DNA of 64,000 nt, taken from NCBI GenBank assembly GCA_945883845.1, contig CAMCYI010000004.1:1475-65474 (forward strand), written 5' to 3'. The DNA comes from Bacteriovorax stolpii. GTDB taxonomy: Bacteria; Bdellovibrionota; Bacteriovoracia; Bacteriovoracales; Bacteriovoracaceae. The position numbers and the translations under genes are program-made. A model generated the notes under the pieces. It had not been told where the DNA came from. It did not search any database and saw only the letters and a list, made by a program, of their open reading frames with translations. Positions 46,975 to 55,533 of this stretch are shown here, one piece after another; within the stretch, counting starts at the first letter, position 1, and each line of letters opens with the position of its first letter.

Positions 46975-48642
46975 ATGAAACAGCTATTTACCATTCTTAT
47001 GAGTCTCAACTTAATTCTCGCGCCTGTGGCGTTAGCTGCTGATGGTACTCAGAAAACAGGGGATGAGTTCAGGGCGAATCCGAATGCGAAAGGTGGCATG
47101 GATTTCATGAAGAACATCATGAGTATTGGTACGGGTATTATTGGCGTGAATGCTTTGATGACCTGTAAGACAGCAGTAGGGACTGCTCCGTCAATCTACG
47201 TCCTGGCGGCCGGTTCTGCGATCTTCATCATGAGCGAATTACTCGGTGGTAAGGCACACAACGATTACCTAAGAAAAAGTGCCGCTGACTTAAAAATGGT
47301 TGAAGAGAAATTGAAAAAAAGCGGTGGCGGTGGAGAAGTCCAGCTTGCATCACTGGAAGCTGCTTTGAATAACGAGAAAGAAATTCTTAAATTCATCAAC
47401 AAAAGAAAAATGTGGGCCACCGCTACGATGGCCGTGTATGCGGCGGGGATAGCTGCCGTCATTATTGAGAATGCGAATTTTTATAACGTGGCACCAGCAG
47501 GTTGTACTGGCGAAGGGATTATTAAACATAGGCTTACTGGAGTTGCCATTGGAGCTGCCTATAGTTTCATGGCCGGAGGTATGGCCTCAGGATTGGTTAC
47601 TGGTCTCGGTACTTACTTGATTGGGCCTGGTGCTATGTCTCACATGCTCCTTAATACGAAGTACACAAGAGGCGCATTTTTTGGCGCAGCTACGGCCATT
47701 CAACTGTTCACAGTTATGGATCTTGGAAAGAAAGCAAAAATTGCTCAAGAAAATATCGGGAAGCTTGAAAAGGCCATCACTGAATTCAAAGCGACCAGTG
47801 GATCCACAAATGGACTCATTGCCGAAGCAACCAGTGGTGTGGGAAGCGGAATGATTGATCCCAACGATGGTCGAGAGTTCGCAGTTAAACCTCTACCTCA
47901 AACTGATGAAAATTCGATAATCTGTGCCAGTAATGCTGGAGGGAGTGTTGATATCTCCAGCAAGGCCTGTGCTCAACCTATGCGTCTTGCTGCTGCGAAA
48001 TTCGATCCTCGGTTTAACGTTCCTTCTTTGACTGCATTTAACCAGCAAGCCGCAGATGTCGGGAATGCCTTAAATAGCGGTGACCTCGCAGGCGCAGAAA
48101 TTGGCGCCGCCGCACTTGCTTCTCAAGCAGGTCGTATGAATCAGATCAAAGACAATTTGTTAAAGCAAACAAATGCAAAACTCAAAGCGCAGGGTAAGAA
48201 GCCTATCGATTTTGATGCAGACACTCGGAATGCTCTTCGTAGCATGGCAAGTGCTTCGAAATCCAGCAATCCATCGATGTCGGCCGCCCTTACGTCTCTG
48301 GCTGAAGGTAAAACAGAATTACCAGATGACCTCAAAGGCTCAGAAAATCTCGGCACCTCTCAGAACATCATCGCCAACGCTCCAGCTGCTGCACCAGAAA
48401 CAGCAACACCTAATCTCTCAGAAGGTCTGAATGAAGGTATTGAACCAACGCCGACACTCTCTAAAGTCGATGACATCATGAAGTCCGATGATTTTGAATA
48501 TGATAAGAATGATATCTCCAAACAAAAAGAGACATCTCTCTTCAACATTGTTTCTTCGCGCTACCTGATCAGTTACCCGAAGATCTTTAAGCTTGAAGAA
48601 CCTGAGACTGTACCAGCTAAGCCAGTTCCACAGAAGAAATAG
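46975..48642 (+). CDS. Secreted coiled-coil protein with long hydrophobic core, paralog 3 of 3
   Basis: Same architecture; SLFNIVSSRYLISYP. Confidence 0.85.
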   Translation: MKQLFTILMSLNLILAPVALAADGTQKTGDEFRANPNAKGGMDFMKNIMSIGTGIIGVNALMTCKTAVGTAPSIYVLAAGSAIFIMSELLGGKAHNDYLRKSAADLKMVEEKLKKSGGGGEVQLASLEAALNNEKEILKFINKRKMWATATMAVYAAGIAAVIIENANFYNVAPAGCTGEGIIKHRLTGVAIGAAYSFMAGGMASGLVTGLGTYLIGPGAMSHMLLNTKYTRGAFFGAATAIQLFTVMDLGKKAKIAQENIGKLEKAITEFKATSGSTNGLIAEATSGVGSGMIDPNDGREFAVKPLPQTDENSIICASNAGGSVDISSKACAQPMRLAAAKFDPRFNVPSLTAFNQQAADVGNALNSGDLAGAEIGAAALASQAGRMNQIKDNLLKQTNAKLKAQGKKPIDFDADTRNALRSMASASKSSNPSMSAALTSLAEGKTELPDDLKGSENLGTSQNIIANAPAAAPETATPNLSEGLNEGIEPTPTLSKVDDIMKSDDFEYDKNDISKQKETSLFNIVSSRYLISYPKIFKLEEPETVPAKPVPQKK

Positions 48643-48644
48643 TA

Positions 48645-48666
48645 TCACCGCCACCGGTGGCGGTGA
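48645..48666. repeat. Perfect 22-bp palindrome 3 nt after the paralog 3 stop (hairpin)
   Basis: tcaccgccacc/ggtggcggtga; no U-tract. Confidence 0.7.
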
Positions 48667-48800
48667 ATATGCGTACTACGGTTCCTTTGCATTCATGTAT
48701 GTGAGTCGAGTCTGTTTCTGAGAAGGCGATGAAAACCAACGCTTCTCAATTTTTACTGAACTCGTTAAATCCTGATGAGTGCATGGCTTCGTTGCCCAGA

Positions 48801-49856
48801 CTATCCGTGAAAAGGGTAGTCCGTGTATCCCTCTTTTCCACCACCGTAAAACGTCGCCATTTCCTGAGGCTGGTTGAGGGGCAGATTTTCAAGAAAGCGT
48901 TTTGGTAAATCGGGGTTGGTGATAAAATTCACACCCCAGGCAACAGCATCGGCATCACCGCGCTCGATGATTTTCTCTGCTTCTTCTTTTGTTACTTTTT
49001 GATTAGCGATGAGGACTCCACCAAATTCTTTTTTTAGATAAGGATAAAGTGCATCATCGCCCTGAGCTTCGCGGGTAAAAATGAAAGCAATCTTTCTTTT
49101 TCCAAGTTCGCGCGCCACATATCCGAACGTTGCTTTTGGATCCGAGTCGCCCATGTCGTGCGCGTCCATACGGGGCGCGAGATGCACACCGACGTAGCCT
49201 GCACCCCAAACTTTGATCAGTGCATCCGTGATGTCGAGAAGAAGTCTCGCGCGATTTTCAATGGGACCGCCATACTTATCTGTACGTCTATTTGTTTTAT
49301 CCTGCAGGAACTGATCAATGAGGTATCCGTTGGCCGCGTGGAGTTCAATCCCATCAAAGCCTGCGCGCTTGGCGTTCTCAGCACCTTTTCTAAAACCTTC
49401 AATGATCAGATCGACTTCATGTGTTTCAAGGGCACGGGGTGTGACGTAATTTTTCTCGGGACGAACAAGACTTACATGACCGGCCGGTTGAATCGCACTT
49501 GGTGCCACAGGCAGTTCACCGTTTAAAAACATGGGATCAGAAATGCGACCGACGTGCCAGATTTGAAGAACAATCTTGCCGCCTTTCGCGTGCACAGCCT
49601 TGGTGATTTTTTTCCATCCTTCAACCTGGGCCTCATTATAAATTCCCGGCGTGCCAGCGTATCCGGCACCCATGGGATCCATGATCGTGGCTTCCGTAAG
49701 AATGAGGCCGGCAGAGGCCCTTTGAGAATAATATTCGGCCATGAGCTCATTCGGAACACGGGATTCACCGGCGCGGGCCCTGGTTAAGGGCGCCATGATC
49801 ATGCGGTTTGAAAGCTCGAGAGATCCGGCCTTAAGTGGTTTTGCGAGAATACTCAT
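48801..49856 (-). CDS. Alkene reductase (Old Yellow Enzyme / NemA family)
   Basis: MAPLTRAR, YYSQRASAG, QIWHVGR, GIELHAANGYL.DQF, NRRTDKYGG; start ATG 49856 with AAGGA RBS. Confidence 0.95.
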   Translation of the reverse strand: MSILAKPLKAGSLELSNRMIMAPLTRARAGESRVPNELMAEYYSQRASAGLILTEATIMDPMGAGYAGTPGIYNEAQVEGWKKITKAVHAKGGKIVLQIWHVGRISDPMFLNGELPVAPSAIQPAGHVSLVRPEKNYVTPRALETHEVDLIIEGFRKGAENAKRAGFDGIELHAANGYLIDQFLQDKTNRRTDKYGGPIENRARLLLDITDALIKVWGAGYVGVHLAPRMDAHDMGDSDPKATFGYVARELGKRKIAFIFTREAQGDDALYPYLKKEFGGVLIANQKVTKEEAEKIIERGDADAVAWGVNFITNPDLPKRFLENLPLNQPQEMATFYGGGKEGYTDYPFHG

Positions 49857-49881
49857 AATAGATCCTTTAAAAAATTTGGGA

Positions 49882-49957
49882 TGGAGGAGATGGATGGATT
49901 TGAACCACCGAATACCAGTTTTGCACACTGGTCCCTTGAACTCTCGGGCACATCTCC
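49882..49957 (-). tRNA. tRNA-Cys(GCA), 76 nt, CCA encoded, with atypical G32 and U19
   Basis: Folded by hand: acceptor GGAGAUG/CAUCUCC, D stem CCC/GGG, anticodon arm CCAGU-GUGCAAA-ACUGG, T arm GGUGG-UUCAAAU-CCAUC, U73, CCA. Confidence 0.85.
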
Positions 49958-49962
49958 CCAGA

Positions 49963-50029
49963 TAAATGCAATCTTGATTGTTACATTAAGACCATTTATG
50001 TCTAAATGCAACAATTAAAAATGCATTTA
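49963..50029. promoter_or_regulatory. Two tandem 27-bp imperfect inverted repeats, probable Rrf2 operators
   Basis: TAAATGCAA-N9-TTACATTAA (49963-49989) and TAAATGCAA-N9-ATGCATTTA (50003-50029), 40 bp apart. Confidence 0.6.
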
Positions 50030-50054
50030 ACGTTATTTATGGTAACATCTTTAC

Positions 50055-50468
50055 ATGGTCGATACCCGCTTTTCTGTATCAATTCAGATTTTGTTGACCC
50101 TGGCCTATCATGGCGAGGAACTCTCCCGTTCTGAAATGCTGGCAAAGGCCGTGAAGTCTCATCCGACATTTATTCGTAAACTAGTCTCGCGTCTGGTGGC
50201 CGGTGGACTTGTACAAAGTGTGCGCGGCAAAGGAGGCGGTGTGAAACTGGCCATTGATCCGCAGGACATTACACTAAAAGATATTTACCTCGTTGCCCTG
50301 GATGAGAAGCCCATCATCTGCACTCATAAGAACACTGTGACCAAATCCTGTGCTGTCAGCTGCTCCATGAACGATATCCTGAAGAAACTGGTTTATGACA
50401 TGGACGCAAATACTCAGACTCATCTTGAAAAGACACGTTTAAGTGATCTTTTGAAGAAAATTTCGTAA
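50055..50468 (+). CDS. Rrf2-family transcriptional regulator (YwnA/HypR/SifR-like)
   Basis: RFSVSIQILL, HPTFIRKL...L...GLV.S.RGK.GG, ITLKDIY, Cys cluster CTH...SCAVSC; TGgTAACAT 6 nt before ATG. Confidence 0.9.
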   Translation: MVDTRFSVSIQILLTLAYHGEELSRSEMLAKAVKSHPTFIRKLVSRLVAGGLVQSVRGKGGGVKLAIDPQDITLKDIYLVALDEKPIICTHKNTVTKSCAVSCSMNDILKKLVYDMDANTQTHLEKTRLSDLLKKIS

Positions 50469-50491
50469 GATTCTTCCATTCCGGAGGAATC

Positions 50492-51169
50492 TTGAAATTC
50501 ATCATCATTGCATTGCTTTTTTGTGCAACATCCGTGTTCGCTACGCCAATGGCGATCAGTGTTCTTTTTACGGCCGACGAAGATAATATGTTGTGGGCCA
50601 CGAAGATCAACAAAGAGCTTCATGACAAATATCCTCAGGGTTTTCGTTTTGATGATTCTCATCTCTCTCATGTAACGATTCTCCAGGCCTATGTTGATAT
50701 CTCATGCCTTGATGACAAATGGGACGACATTGAAAAAGAAGTAAAGGCGAGCCGCCTACTTGGTGAGAAGATAGAAATCTCTGGGGTCAAAGCAGAGGCC
50801 CTTCCCTCACCTTCACCACTCTCTCTAGTGAACTTAAATCTCTCAACTTCCGGTAAGGCCCTGTCACTTCAGAAAAAAATTCTCGATCTCCTCGCTCCTT
50901 GCCGGGTTGAAACAGAAACACCGAAAGCATTTTCAGGATTGATAGCACCAGGTGATTTCATCATTCAGTATGTGAAAGATTATCCAGCTCAAAAAACCAA
51001 AAATTTTTACAGGCCACACATGACATTGGGTCTTGCTAAAACTGCTGACAGCGAAAAGATTGCAGCGGCGGCGGTGCCTCTCTCACACATGACCGTCAAA
51101 CGTATCGGTGTTTTCAAATTGGGAGCATCTGGTACTGCACGCGAGCGTCTCTTCTCTTTCGATAAATAG
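50492..51169 (+). CDS. Secreted 2H phosphoesterase (2'-5' RNA ligase superfamily)
   Basis: GGAGG + TTG; signal peptide; HxT motifs SHVTI and PHMTL. Confidence 0.7.
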   Translation: MKFIIIALLFCATSVFATPMAISVLFTADEDNMLWATKINKELHDKYPQGFRFDDSHLSHVTILQAYVDISCLDDKWDDIEKEVKASRLLGEKIEISGVKAEALPSPSPLSLVNLNLSTSGKALSLQKKILDLLAPCRVETETPKAFSGLIAPGDFIIQYVKDYPAQKTKNFYRPHMTLGLAKTADSEKIAAAAVPLSHMTVKRIGVFKLGASGTARERLFSFDK

Positions 51170-51213
51170 CCATTCTTGTTCCTGGGCTTCTTCTTCTCTT
51201 ATAATACGTGATC

Positions 51214-52095
51214 TCAGAATTCATAGCCGGTAGAAAAGCTGAAAGTGAGACCCAGGTTATTCTTACTATCGAGAGTGCCTTGATGGTCCTTAACGTTCAT
51301 ATAGATCGCACCAATGGATGGGCCGAAAGTAATTCCGGAATCAAGTCTCAGGTTCAGAGAAAAATCTGCTTTTGTTATGAGACCCAGGTCCTTGTCAAAA
51401 GATGTACCGGCCATCAAGTCCGCTTTTCCGTAAAAAGAATCTGCTCCCAATAGAATTGAAGGACCTAAAAGGAAGTAGGCCCCTTCCCTACGCTCATGCC
51501 TGTCAGCAAGGCCCTGCTCTTTTGTGAGATAATATCCTGACTCAAAGGTCAGCCCGTTAATCAATAAATCATCTTTGTCTTTTTCCCGGGCATAAAAACT
51601 GTAGCGTCCACCGGTAAAGCTTCCTGATCGCTTGTTGGTAAGGTGAGTATATTGGGTCGAGATGATATGTCTGAATTCGTATTTGTCTTTTCCGTTCGTG
51701 ATCACGTCGTGAATGAGAATAGGAAAATACGGAAGCCAGGCGATGACGACAACGAGTCCCATGACGGCAAAAATAACAAGAGCTGCTTCGCTGTCTGTGT
51801 TACCACTGAAGGCACCGGAGAGATTCTCTCCCGTCCAGTTGCCAGACCTGAATGTCTCCCTTGAGTCTTCCTGAATCTTTTTCTGTTCTTCTTCTTTTTT
51901 CTCTTTCTCTTCATCACTGAGCTTTTTTTCTTCAATGCGCGCAATCCGCAGGAACTCAGGATTTTTCAAAAGTTTTTCCATCATCTCTGGAGAGACCTCT
52001 ATGATCTCTGGAAGCTCTGGTGAAGCCATGGCATGAGCTGAAGGCGCATTGATGATAAAACTCAGGACGAGGCATGAAGAGAGAATAAATTTCAT
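51214..52095 (-). CDS. Secreted or membrane protein with probable C-terminal beta-barrel
   Basis: Signal peptide, charged helix, hydrophobic segment, strands ending FSTGYEF. Confidence 0.6.
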   Translation of the reverse strand: MKFILSSCLVLSFIINAPSAHAMASPELPEIIEVSPEMMEKLLKNPEFLRIARIEEKKLSDEEKEKKEEEQKKIQEDSRETFRSGNWTGENLSGAFSGNTDSEAALVIFAVMGLVVVIAWLPYFPILIHDVITNGKDKYEFRHIISTQYTHLTNKRSGSFTGGRYSFYAREKDKDDLLINGLTFESGYYLTKEQGLADRHERREGAYFLLGPSILLGADSFYGKADLMAGTSFDKDLGLITKADFSLNLRLDSGITFGPSIGAIYMNVKDHQGTLDSKNNLGLTFSFSTGYEF

Positions 52096-52136
52096 GAAAA
52101 AGATGTAATCGCAGGGCCCGCGAAAAGTAAAGACGA

Positions 52137-52826
52137 TCAGATATCTTTTCGAAAGTTCTCAATCAATTGGAGATACTCTTTTTCTTTGACGGGATTCTTA
52201 CCTCCGGCCTTCATGAAACTCTTTAATACCGGATCTTCAGAACTCAATTCTTTCAGGTAAGTTTTCTGAAGCAGGAACTTACTACGAACCGCATTCAGCC
52301 TGCCATGAATTGATCTTGCCTTTGATGCAATATCCGCATGTAGAATTTTATCAATCTCTATTCCCTCAGCTATCGGACGTGTTTTTTGCTGAATGCTCTC
52401 AAGCTGCTTATAGAGTAATAAGTCTTCTGTCGCACGTGCCATTCTTCCCACACGACTTTTCGGAAGTGGCCCTGCGTAGGCCCAGTTCTTACTTAAAGAA
52501 AAACTCTCCAGGTAAGTAAGGAGTGCATCCATGAATTGAACGTGATTATCGTTCTGACAGATGCGGGCGCAGCCATCGGCCTTAAGTTTTCTTTGCAGAA
52601 CATGAGCAAGGATATTTGATCCAAAAGAAAGATCATTGCTGCTGTTGATTTCGAGTTTGATCAGCTCAGCAGTCACACACTGATAAGTCATGCCGAGACA
52701 TTTCTTCTCACTCAAGAGATCGCTCTTAAGTGTTTCAAACAGATTTTTTCGTTCACTGACGGGAGAAGGCAGTTGAGCAAAAGATGAAAGTGAAAAAAGG
52801 ACGAAGAGAAAGAAAATAAATCTCAT
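52137..52826 (-). CDS. Secreted hypothetical helical protein
   Basis: Signal peptide; 1-nt (TAATG) overlap with upstream gene. Confidence 0.75.
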   Translation of the reverse strand: MRFIFFLFVLFSLSSFAQLPSPVSERKNLFETLKSDLLSEKKCLGMTYQCVTAELIKLEINSSNDLSFGSNILAHVLQRKLKADGCARICQNDNHVQFMDALLTYLESFSLSKNWAYAGPLPKSRVGRMARATEDLLLYKQLESIQQKTRPIAEGIEIDKILHADIASKARSIHGRLNAVRSKFLLQKTYLKELSSEDPVLKSFMKAGGKNPVKEKEYLQLIENFRKDI

Positions 52827-53221
52827 TATTGTTTTGTGGCCCGTCTTCCAAAACGAGGAGGAGAACCTGCACTTCCAACAGGAGCATTTTCCGGAGCGGC
52901 GGGAAGAACTTGAGGCACAGGAGGCTGCTCAACCGGTGCTGGTTTACCAAGAACGGGCTCTACTCTTGAAACGAGAGGCTGTTCTTCAGGACCAGTCAGC
53001 GTGTTTCTCAATGACTCTTTAAATTCATTATTCAGGCGTTCAGCTTCTTCGCGCTGAGCTTCAGCAATGCGGATGGCGTTTTCCTCATCACTCAAAACTC
53101 CTCCCTTTGAATCACCACTTTCGATGGAGGCAGAGTCATAACCGTGAATGAAATCGGGAAATTTACCGTAACTCAGGGGTGCATACAGAAAAGTCATCGA
53201 GAGTAGGAGTGCGAACTTCAT
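52826..53221 (-). CDS. Secreted Pro-rich small protein
   Basis: GAGG RBS; signal peptide. Confidence 0.7.
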   Translation of the reverse strand: MKFALLLSMTFLYAPLSYGKFPDFIHGYDSASIESGDSKGGVLSDEENAIRIAEAQREEAERLNNEFKESLRNTLTGPEEQPLVSRVEPVLGKPAPVEQPPVPQVLPAAPENAPVGSAGSPPRFGRRATKQ

Positions 53222-53433
53222 AAAAACCTCTTTGAACCATTTTACATCTTATCGGAAAATCAGAGGGAAACTTCAGTCTGAAGGGCCTATCGTGCTGATT
53301 TCACGAATTCATCCGTGCCAAGTATCCCGGGCATTTCCCTCGCTATGCTTTGAGTGAGTGAGTGACTGACACTTCCTCCTGCCTCTGACATGTAGAATTT
53401 TCATGAATCCCCATTGGGACTTTACGCCATGGT

Positions 53434-54156
53434 ATGAAAGTGGACATGAAAACTTTTAAGCCTATATTCATTCTTTTCTTCTTCGCTATTTCGCTCTCGT
53501 CACAAGCTGCCACCTCGTTTGTGATGAAGCTTGTTTCAGAGACCAACACACGCACTGTGATCCAGGATCGGGGCGGAGATGATCTCGTAAAACCAGCGTC
53601 GACGATGAAACTTTTCACTTCATGGATCGCCTTGATTGAAGGTGTGCGCACGGATACGTACTTGAGTCAGATGTTGCGGATGAGCGATAATGCCATGGCA
53701 GATTCCACTGTCAGAAAACTTGGTGGCGTGGTGGCGCTGACGGATTCTCTTTCCCGTGACGGAGTGCCTGTGACAGCAGAAAACTTTCGTGCTGTTGACG
53801 GGTCTGGACTGAGTAAATCAAACCGCGCAACCTGTAATCTTGAAATCGATCTCCTCGAACACATCTACGATTCAGCAGAATTCGAGCGTTATAAAAACCT
53901 TCTGGCCCAGCCGGGCAAGGAAGGAACTCTTGATAAAAGACTTCTCGCTTACAAAGGTAAAATCTTCGCCAAGACCGGAACACTCAAGACGACTTCGGCC
54001 CTCGCTGGTTATGCATTAACGTCGAAAGGAACAGTCTTTTTCTGCATCATCTCCGAGGGATTCACAGGAACATGGGTACAAGAACGCGCGAAGATCGATG
54101 CCCTTTTAGCCCGAAATATCCTCGCTGTTGAGAGCGCACGTACCAGATATCCCTAG
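53434..54156 (+). CDS. Compact D-Ala-D-Ala carboxy/endopeptidase (DacB / peptidase S13-like)
   Basis: PASTMK (SxxK), SDN (SxN), VDGSGLS..NR, AKTGTL; signal peptide; start could be 53446. Confidence 0.85.
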   Translation: MKVDMKTFKPIFILFFFAISLSSQAATSFVMKLVSETNTRTVIQDRGGDDLVKPASTMKLFTSWIALIEGVRTDTYLSQMLRMSDNAMADSTVRKLGGVVALTDSLSRDGVPVTAENFRAVDGSGLSKSNRATCNLEIDLLEHIYDSAEFERYKNLLAQPGKEGTLDKRLLAYKGKIFAKTGTLKTTSALAGYALTSKGTVFFCIISEGFTGTWVQERAKIDALLARNILAVESARTRYP

Positions 54157-54220
54157 GCAGTTTTTTCCCACTCACCTTTTTACAACCGAAATTCTGAGGG
54201 CTTAAGTCCTTTTAGGAAAA

Positions 54221-54236
54221 TGGCATGGCCTTGGCA
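54221..54236 (+). promoter_or_regulatory. Candidate sigma54 promoter
   Basis: TGGCATGGCCTTGGCA = GG-N10-GC. Confidence 0.45.
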
Positions 54237-54265
54237 ACTGATCATGGTAAGAGATCGTCGAGAAG

Positions 54266-54820
54266 ATGATCCTATTTCCACAGGATGTGACCATGATTGA
54301 TTTTAAAAGTGACCTGATTGTTTTTTCTCTCGATTCCTACCATTCCCCTCAACTACGGACTGCGAATGTTGTGAAGGATCTCATCGGGAAAAAAAGAATC
54401 TTCTTCATTGAGTCACCTGTGTTTGGGGTTTCTTCGCATCCCACATATTTTATCCAGAAAAGTGATGATGACGTTAATGTCGTGAAGCCTTACCTTCCGG
54501 CGGAAATCTCAGTTTTTGAGCAGAAGACCATGCTTGATGGCATTGTCCAGGAACTTATTGAAGATGAAAACATTCACCATTACAGCATCTGGACAGACAC
54601 TCCACGCGCCATGCCCTACATCCGTCACATGAACCCCGAGCTTCTTGTGTATGACTGTCTGGTCGATCATTCCACCTCACACTTGGCCCTTGAACGGGAG
54701 TTGTTTAAGCGCGCTCATGTTGTCATTACCTCCGGACTTTCCGTTGATAACCACGGGCCGGCCCTTCATGGATTCATTGAGCATTCAAAATCAAGCTCGA
54801 CTGAACTCTACCATCGTTGA
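54266..54820 (+). CDS. Stand-alone N-terminal half of a GT-B glycosyltransferase (possibly truncated)
   Basis: RIFFIESP, WTDTPRA, LLVYDCL, ERELFKRAHVVITSG; the C-terminal nucleotide-sugar domain is missing. Confidence 0.55.
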   Translation: MILFPQDVTMIDFKSDLIVFSLDSYHSPQLRTANVVKDLIGKKRIFFIESPVFGVSSHPTYFIQKSDDDVNVVKPYLPAEISVFEQKTMLDGIVQELIEDENIHHYSIWTDTPRAMPYIRHMNPELLVYDCLVDHSTSHLALERELFKRAHVVITSGLSVDNHGPALHGFIEHSKSSSTELYHR

Positions 54821-54832
54821 TATGATGGTCGG

Positions 54833-55435
54833 ATGACTTTTGCTAATAACATCACCAAAGACGAGATCAATCTCCTTCCCCTTTTAGAATATGAAGGTGA
54901 GGCGATATTGATCGAAACGGACCAGGGTTGTATTCGCGCTTTAGGTGAGTTGACCAAGGAAAAAGTTCTGGGCTTTGATACAGAGACGAGACCGAGCTTC
55001 AGTAAGGGGCAATATTTTAAAGTCGCGATCCTTCAACTCTCCGGACCCAAGCGCGCTTATCTTTTTCGTTTGAATAAAATAAAATTCACTGATGAGCTTG
55101 CCGCTCTTCTTGCTGATCCCGAAATTCTTAAAGTTGGAGTGGCCGTTCATGATGATGTGAAGGCCCTGCAGAAACTTCATTCCTTTGAACCAGGTGGATT
55201 CATCGATCTCAATACGGTCGCTGAAAAAAACGGCATCGAAAACCTGGGTCTCCGTTCACTCACCGCCATTTTCCTTCATCTACGGCTTTCTAAAGGTGCC
55301 AAGCTTACGAACTGGGATAATGATGACCTGACTCGTCCGCAGGTTGAATACGCAGCTCTTGACGCTCTGGTGGGCCTTCAGATTTATAACAAGATGGTCG
55401 ATCACAAATTCAATATTTCCATTTGGAAGCCATAA
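54833..55435 (+). CDS. 3'-5' exonuclease (RNase D/WRN-like DEDDy)
   Basis: LGFDTETRP, ILQLS, KVGV...DD...L, GLRSL, TNWD...L...Q..YAALDA. Confidence 0.9.
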   Translation: MTFANNITKDEINLLPLLEYEGEAILIETDQGCIRALGELTKEKVLGFDTETRPSFSKGQYFKVAILQLSGPKRAYLFRLNKIKFTDELAALLADPEILKVGVAVHDDVKALQKLHSFEPGGFIDLNTVAEKNGIENLGLRSLTAIFLHLRLSKGAKLTNWDNDDLTRPQVEYAALDALVGLQIYNKMVDHKFNISIWKP

Positions 55436-55533
55436 CTTTTTTTTCGCCAAAGATTCATTCCTCAAGAAGATTTTAACTTCATCCACGTCCTGAATTCTGA
55501 TGTAATGAGTGCAGATTCATCGGAGGAACTCTT

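Noticed and set aside
48645-48666. Palindrome as transposon end or integration site
   Set aside because: No transposase, integrase or target duplication nearby; more likely an RNA hairpin.
49882-49957. tRNA as attachment site of a genomic island
   Set aside because: No integrase and no duplicated tRNA 3' end spotted in the window (checked by eye only).
53352-53368. tgagtgagtgagtgac short tandem repeat
   Set aside because: About four 4-nt units in a spacer; expected by chance.
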